From assembly GCA_964423815.1 (NCBI GenBank), contig CAYRGW010000009.1:3467-67466 (forward strand): a stretch of 64,000 nucleotides of DNA, written 5' to 3'. The DNA comes from an uncultured Solibacteraceae bacterium (GTDB taxonomy: Bacteria > Acidobacteriota > Vicinamibacteria > Vicinamibacterales > SCN-69-37). Under the pieces are notes generated by a model. The model saw nothing but the letters and a program-made list of their open reading frames with translations. It was not told the origin of the DNA and made no database searches. Positions 61,071-64,000 of this stretch are shown here, piece after piece. The translations under genes and the position numbers were made by a program. Within the stretch, counting starts at the first letter, position 1. Every line of letters starts with the position of its first letter.

Positions 61071-61568
61071 TTACTTCATCGTCAACGCGGTAATCGGGAG
61101 CGGGCTGGTGCTGGTATTGGAGCCGGTCACGATGCGGCGCAGGTAACCGGCCTGACCGAGATGGAAGGCAATGTGCGCGCCAAGGTGCACGAGAAAGGCC
61201 GCTGTGGTCACGGTGTTGCCGCCGGGAGCCATCGGGTAGTCCTCGTCCAGCCGCGCGGGATCGAGGCGCGAGAGGGCGTCAGTAACAGCCTCACTCGCCC
61301 GTCGAAGTTCGGCAACCACATCGGCACGTGACGATCCGCGGTGGCTGAACTCGTATTCGCGATTGCGCACATACGAGGACCCACCCAAAACTCGGCCGAT
61401 GAAGTCCTGCAGGTTCCCGCTCACATGCAGCGCCAGCGTGCCCACCGAGTTGCTCACCCCCGGCGCCAGCGTCCACAACGACGCCTCGTCGGGACAGGCC
61501 TCCACCTCGCGGACAAACCCTTCGAGTTCGCGCACGATCTGCACCCGCACAAGATTCAGAAAAACCAT
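61071..61568 (-). CDS. DinB/DUF1572 family protein
   Basis: NSVGTLALHVSGNL, RNREYEF, HIAFHLGQ. Confidence 0.85.
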   Translation of the reverse strand: MVFLNLVRVQIVRELEGFVREVEACPDEASLWTLAPGVSNSVGTLALHVSGNLQDFIGRVLGGSSYVRNREYEFSHRGSSRADVVAELRRASEAVTDALSRLDPARLDEDYPMAPGGNTVTTAAFLVHLGAHIAFHLGQAGYLRRIVTGSNTSTSPLPITALTMK

Positions 61569-61593
61569 GCGCACATCTTAGAATGAGCGGGCG

Positions 61594-62376
61594 ATGAACG
61601 ACGACGAGATAAACACGTTGTACCGACTGCCGCCGGGCGAGTTTACGGCGGCGCGGAACGTGCTCGCGAAGGCGCGTGGGGCCGCAGGTGCGGCGATCAA
61701 AACGCTCGAGAAGCCGTCGTTGCCCGCGTGGGGCGTGAACCAGATCTACTGGCACGACCGATCGACGTTTGATGCGCTCATCAAAACCTCAACCGCGATG
61801 CGACAGGCGCATGTGCAGGTCATCTCGGGCCGGAGCGCCGATGTCGCCGGGGCGGAAGCGGCACACACCGCTGCTGTCAAGATCGCCGTGTCATCGGCGA
61901 GGCGACTGATTGAAGCCGCCGGTGAAAAGGTCACGCCGGCCACGATCGATGCGATCACGGAAACGCTGCAGGCGCTCCCGACAGATGACGCGCCTGGACG
62001 GCTCACCAAACCCCTCAAGCCCCTCTCGTTCTCCGCACTGTTCGCCATGGGCATCCCAGTGGTCCAGGGTCCGACAAGGTCCAGGGTCCACGGTTCCGCC
62101 AAGAAAGAGCTGGCCGAACAGGCGGCCACGCGAAGGGCCGCCGAAAAAGTCCTGAAGGCAGCAACAGCGGCGGAAGAAAAAGCTGCAGCGGCGCACGCCG
62201 AGGCGAAAAAAGCGGCGACACACGTGGAGCGCGAGTTGGCGCGTGTGCGCGACCGCGTGCAGTTTCTCGAGAAACAACGCAACGATGCCGAGGAGGTCCT
62301 GCGTCAACGTGCGCGGGCCCTTCAGGACGCCACCAACGCCCGCATCCAGGCGGCGCAGGATACTCTTCTGTCATGA
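61594..62376 (+). CDS. Hypothetical helical/coiled-coil protein
   Basis: LYRLPPGEFTAARN..KPSLPAWGVNQ N-terminus; Ala/Lys/Glu coiled-coil C-terminus. Confidence 0.7.
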   Translation: MNDDEINTLYRLPPGEFTAARNVLAKARGAAGAAIKTLEKPSLPAWGVNQIYWHDRSTFDALIKTSTAMRQAHVQVISGRSADVAGAEAAHTAAVKIAVSSARRLIEAAGEKVTPATIDAITETLQALPTDDAPGRLTKPLKPLSFSALFAMGIPVVQGPTRSRVHGSAKKELAEQAATRRAAEKVLKAATAAEEKAAAAHAEAKKAATHVERELARVRDRVQFLEKQRNDAEEVLRQRARALQDATNARIQAAQDTLLS

Positions 62377-63017
62377 AGCTGGCGACGTTAGCCTTTGCCC
62401 TCCTTTTGATCCCGACCGTCGCCGCTGCGCAGGGGCCTGTCGCGCCGATCACGGTGGAACCCATGCCGTGGGTGGTGGCCGATGTCCGCGTCGGCTGGCC
62501 CGGGATCGGCAACGACGAAATCACCGCTGCCGCCATCGGACGGCCCGCCACCGACCTGCCGGGACGGGCCCTGACGGCCGGCGCGGGACTGCACGTGTAT
62601 CCCCTCCGCCGTGGCCGGTGGAAGCTGGGCGTGGGTGCCGAGCTGCTCCGTGGGCGGGGTCGTTACCAGCGAAAGGACGCCGATGGCGAACCCGTCGGCG
62701 AGCAGATCAATCGGACGCTGGAATCGGTGACCTGGCAGGTGTCCATGAACTTCGGGCGGGGCCAGGGCTGGAGTTACGTCACGGTCGGCTCGGGCCTGTT
62801 CTCCTTTGACACCTACCTGGGCGACGGCCCCGGGGACGGCCCCGGCAGCACCACCCTGAACGTGGGCGGCGGCGCCCGCTGGTTCAAGTGGAAACACGCC
62901 GGGTTCACCGCCGATATGCGCTTCTACCTGACCAAGGACGCGGGCGGCACCACCCTGGTCGCCCCCCGGGGTTCCAAACGTATCGTGGTCCTCTCAGTCG
63001 GCCTCTCAGTCAAATAA
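62373..63017 (+). CDS. Probable outer-membrane beta-barrel protein
   Basis: Signal peptide, alternating strands (LNVGGGARWF, VVLSVGLSVK). Confidence 0.65.
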   Translation: MKLATLAFALLLIPTVAAAQGPVAPITVEPMPWVVADVRVGWPGIGNDEITAAAIGRPATDLPGRALTAGAGLHVYPLRRGRWKLGVGAELLRGRGRYQRKDADGEPVGEQINRTLESVTWQVSMNFGRGQGWSYVTVGSGLFSFDTYLGDGPGDGPGSTTLNVGGGARWFKWKHAGFTADMRFYLTKDAGGTTLVAPRGSKRIVVLSVGLSVK

Positions 63018-63028
63018 AAGCCTCCCGG

Positions 63029-63070
63029 CCACGAACCTTGGACCGTGGACCGTGTCGAACCCTGGACCAG
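63029..63070. repeat. GGTCCA(G/C) heptamer repeat, intergenic copy
   Basis: Reverse complement is ctggtccagggttcgacacggtccacggtccaaggttcgtgg. Confidence 0.75.
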
Positions 63071-63107
63071 AGGGGGATATACTAGGGAGCTTGAAAGGAC
63101 TGCGAAT

Positions 63108-63326
63108 TTGAGCAAGGACGATCTGATTGATGTCCAAGGCACCGTGGTAGCCGTCCATAGTGGCGGCCTTTATCGCGTGCAGGTGGATTCGGGCCATGAA
63201 GTGCTGGCCCAGTTGAGCGGCCGGATGCGCCGCTTTCGTATCAAGGTGGTTCCGGGCGACCGGGTCACCGTGGGCGTGTCTCCCTACGACCCGGTCCGCG
63301 GCATCATCACCTTCCGCGCTCGTTAA
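63108..63326 (+). CDS. infA: Translation initiation factor IF-1
   Basis: TTG start, SKDDLIDVQGTV..SGRMRRFRIKVVPGDRV.V..SPYD..RG.ITFR, 72 aa. Confidence 0.93.
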   Translation: MSKDDLIDVQGTVVAVHSGGLYRVQVDSGHEVLAQLSGRMRRFRIKVVPGDRVTVGVSPYDPVRGIITFRAR

Positions 63327-63344
63327 CACTTCGCGCCATCAGCA

Positions 63345-64000
63345 TTGACTACACCCACAGACACTCCCAAACCCAGGCGTCGACGCCGCAGTGGAGGGGG
63401 AGGCGGTCCCCGTCCATCTGCCTCTGCCGCACCGGCGCCCTCGCGCGCCCCGCGTCGGGGTGGACAGGCGACGCCACAGGCGGCCTCGACCACCCGTGAA
63501 TCGGTCCCCTTTGATCCCGCTCCCCTGCCCTTTGTTGACCTGGTCAGCGACCCGCACGTGCTCGACGCGCTCCAGCAGCGCGGCTTCAAACTGACCACCC
63601 CGATTCAGAGCGCCGTGTTGCCGTACGCCCTCAAGGGCCACGACATCATCGGCTGCGCGCAGACCGGCACGGGCAAGACCGCCGCCTATCTGCTCCCGAT
63701 TCTCGGCAAACTCATGTCGGCCGGCCACAAGGACTCCCACGCGCATACACGCGCGCTGATCCTCGCGCCGACGCGTGAACTCGCGACGCAGATTGACGAC
63801 GAGATCCAGGGGTTTGCGTATCACGCGCCGGTGGCCAGCGTCGCCGTCTACGGCGGCGTGCCCATGGAACCGCAGGAACGCGCCCTCAAAGCCGGCGTCG
63901 ACATCGTCGTCGCCACGCCGGGGCGATTGCTTGATCACATGCGCCAGAAGATCGGTGACTTCTCGCGGATCGAAGTGCTCGTGCTCGACGAAGCGGATCG
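63345..64000 (+). CDS. DEAD-box RNA helicase (runs off window)
   Basis: Not in the ORF track. TPIQ Q-motif, AQTGTGKT, LAPTRELA, YGG, ATPGRLLD, VLDEAD. Start uncertain. Confidence 0.93.
   Translation, partial: MTTPTDTPKPRRRRRSGGGGGPRPSASAAPAPSRAPRRGGQATPQAASTTRESVPFDPAPLPFVDLVSDPHVLDALQQRGFKLTTPIQSAVLPYALKGHDIIGCAQTGTGKTAAYLLPILGKLMSAGHKDSHAHTRALILAPTRELATQIDDEIQGFAYHAPVASVAVYGGVPMEPQERALKAGVDIVVATPGRLLDHMRQKIGDFSRIEVLVLDEAD

Overview
GC-rich, gene-dense chromosomal window, probably from an Acidobacteriota genome (Vicinamibacteria-like; inferred from the tandem acidobacterial-type VWA genes, secreted Ntn-hydrolases and repeat style). It holds about 60 CDS: a surface-glycan modification block (GT-C, wecE, methyltransferase-GNAT-deacetylase-GT4), murJ, a fused E1 alpha/beta dehydrogenase, a Rieske plus cytochrome b/dihaem c module, typA, an Fo-only ATP synthase operon, cobA-hemD, nadE, a propeller-GGT fusion, tkt, icd, cca, a six-gene two-component cluster, infA and a DEAD-box helicase. 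I see no tRNA, rRNA, CRISPR array, transposase or integrase. The most interesting signals are non-coding. (1) Two copies of a four-way-junction element (12441-12655 and 38950-39218) have diverged in sequence but keep the same fold and helix imperfections, and two short deleted versions also occur. (2) A riboswitch/sRNA-like leader with a terminator sits directly before murJ. (3) Several palindromic, REP and short tandem repeat families occur, some supplying stop codons or sitting in-frame in genes. (4) A small RHH gene and an unannotated 56-aa membrane ORF are each followed by the same palindrome. (5) TANNNT boxes lie 6-9 nt before many start codons, suggesting widespread leaderless transcription. 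All family assignments come from motif recognition by eye, not database searches.
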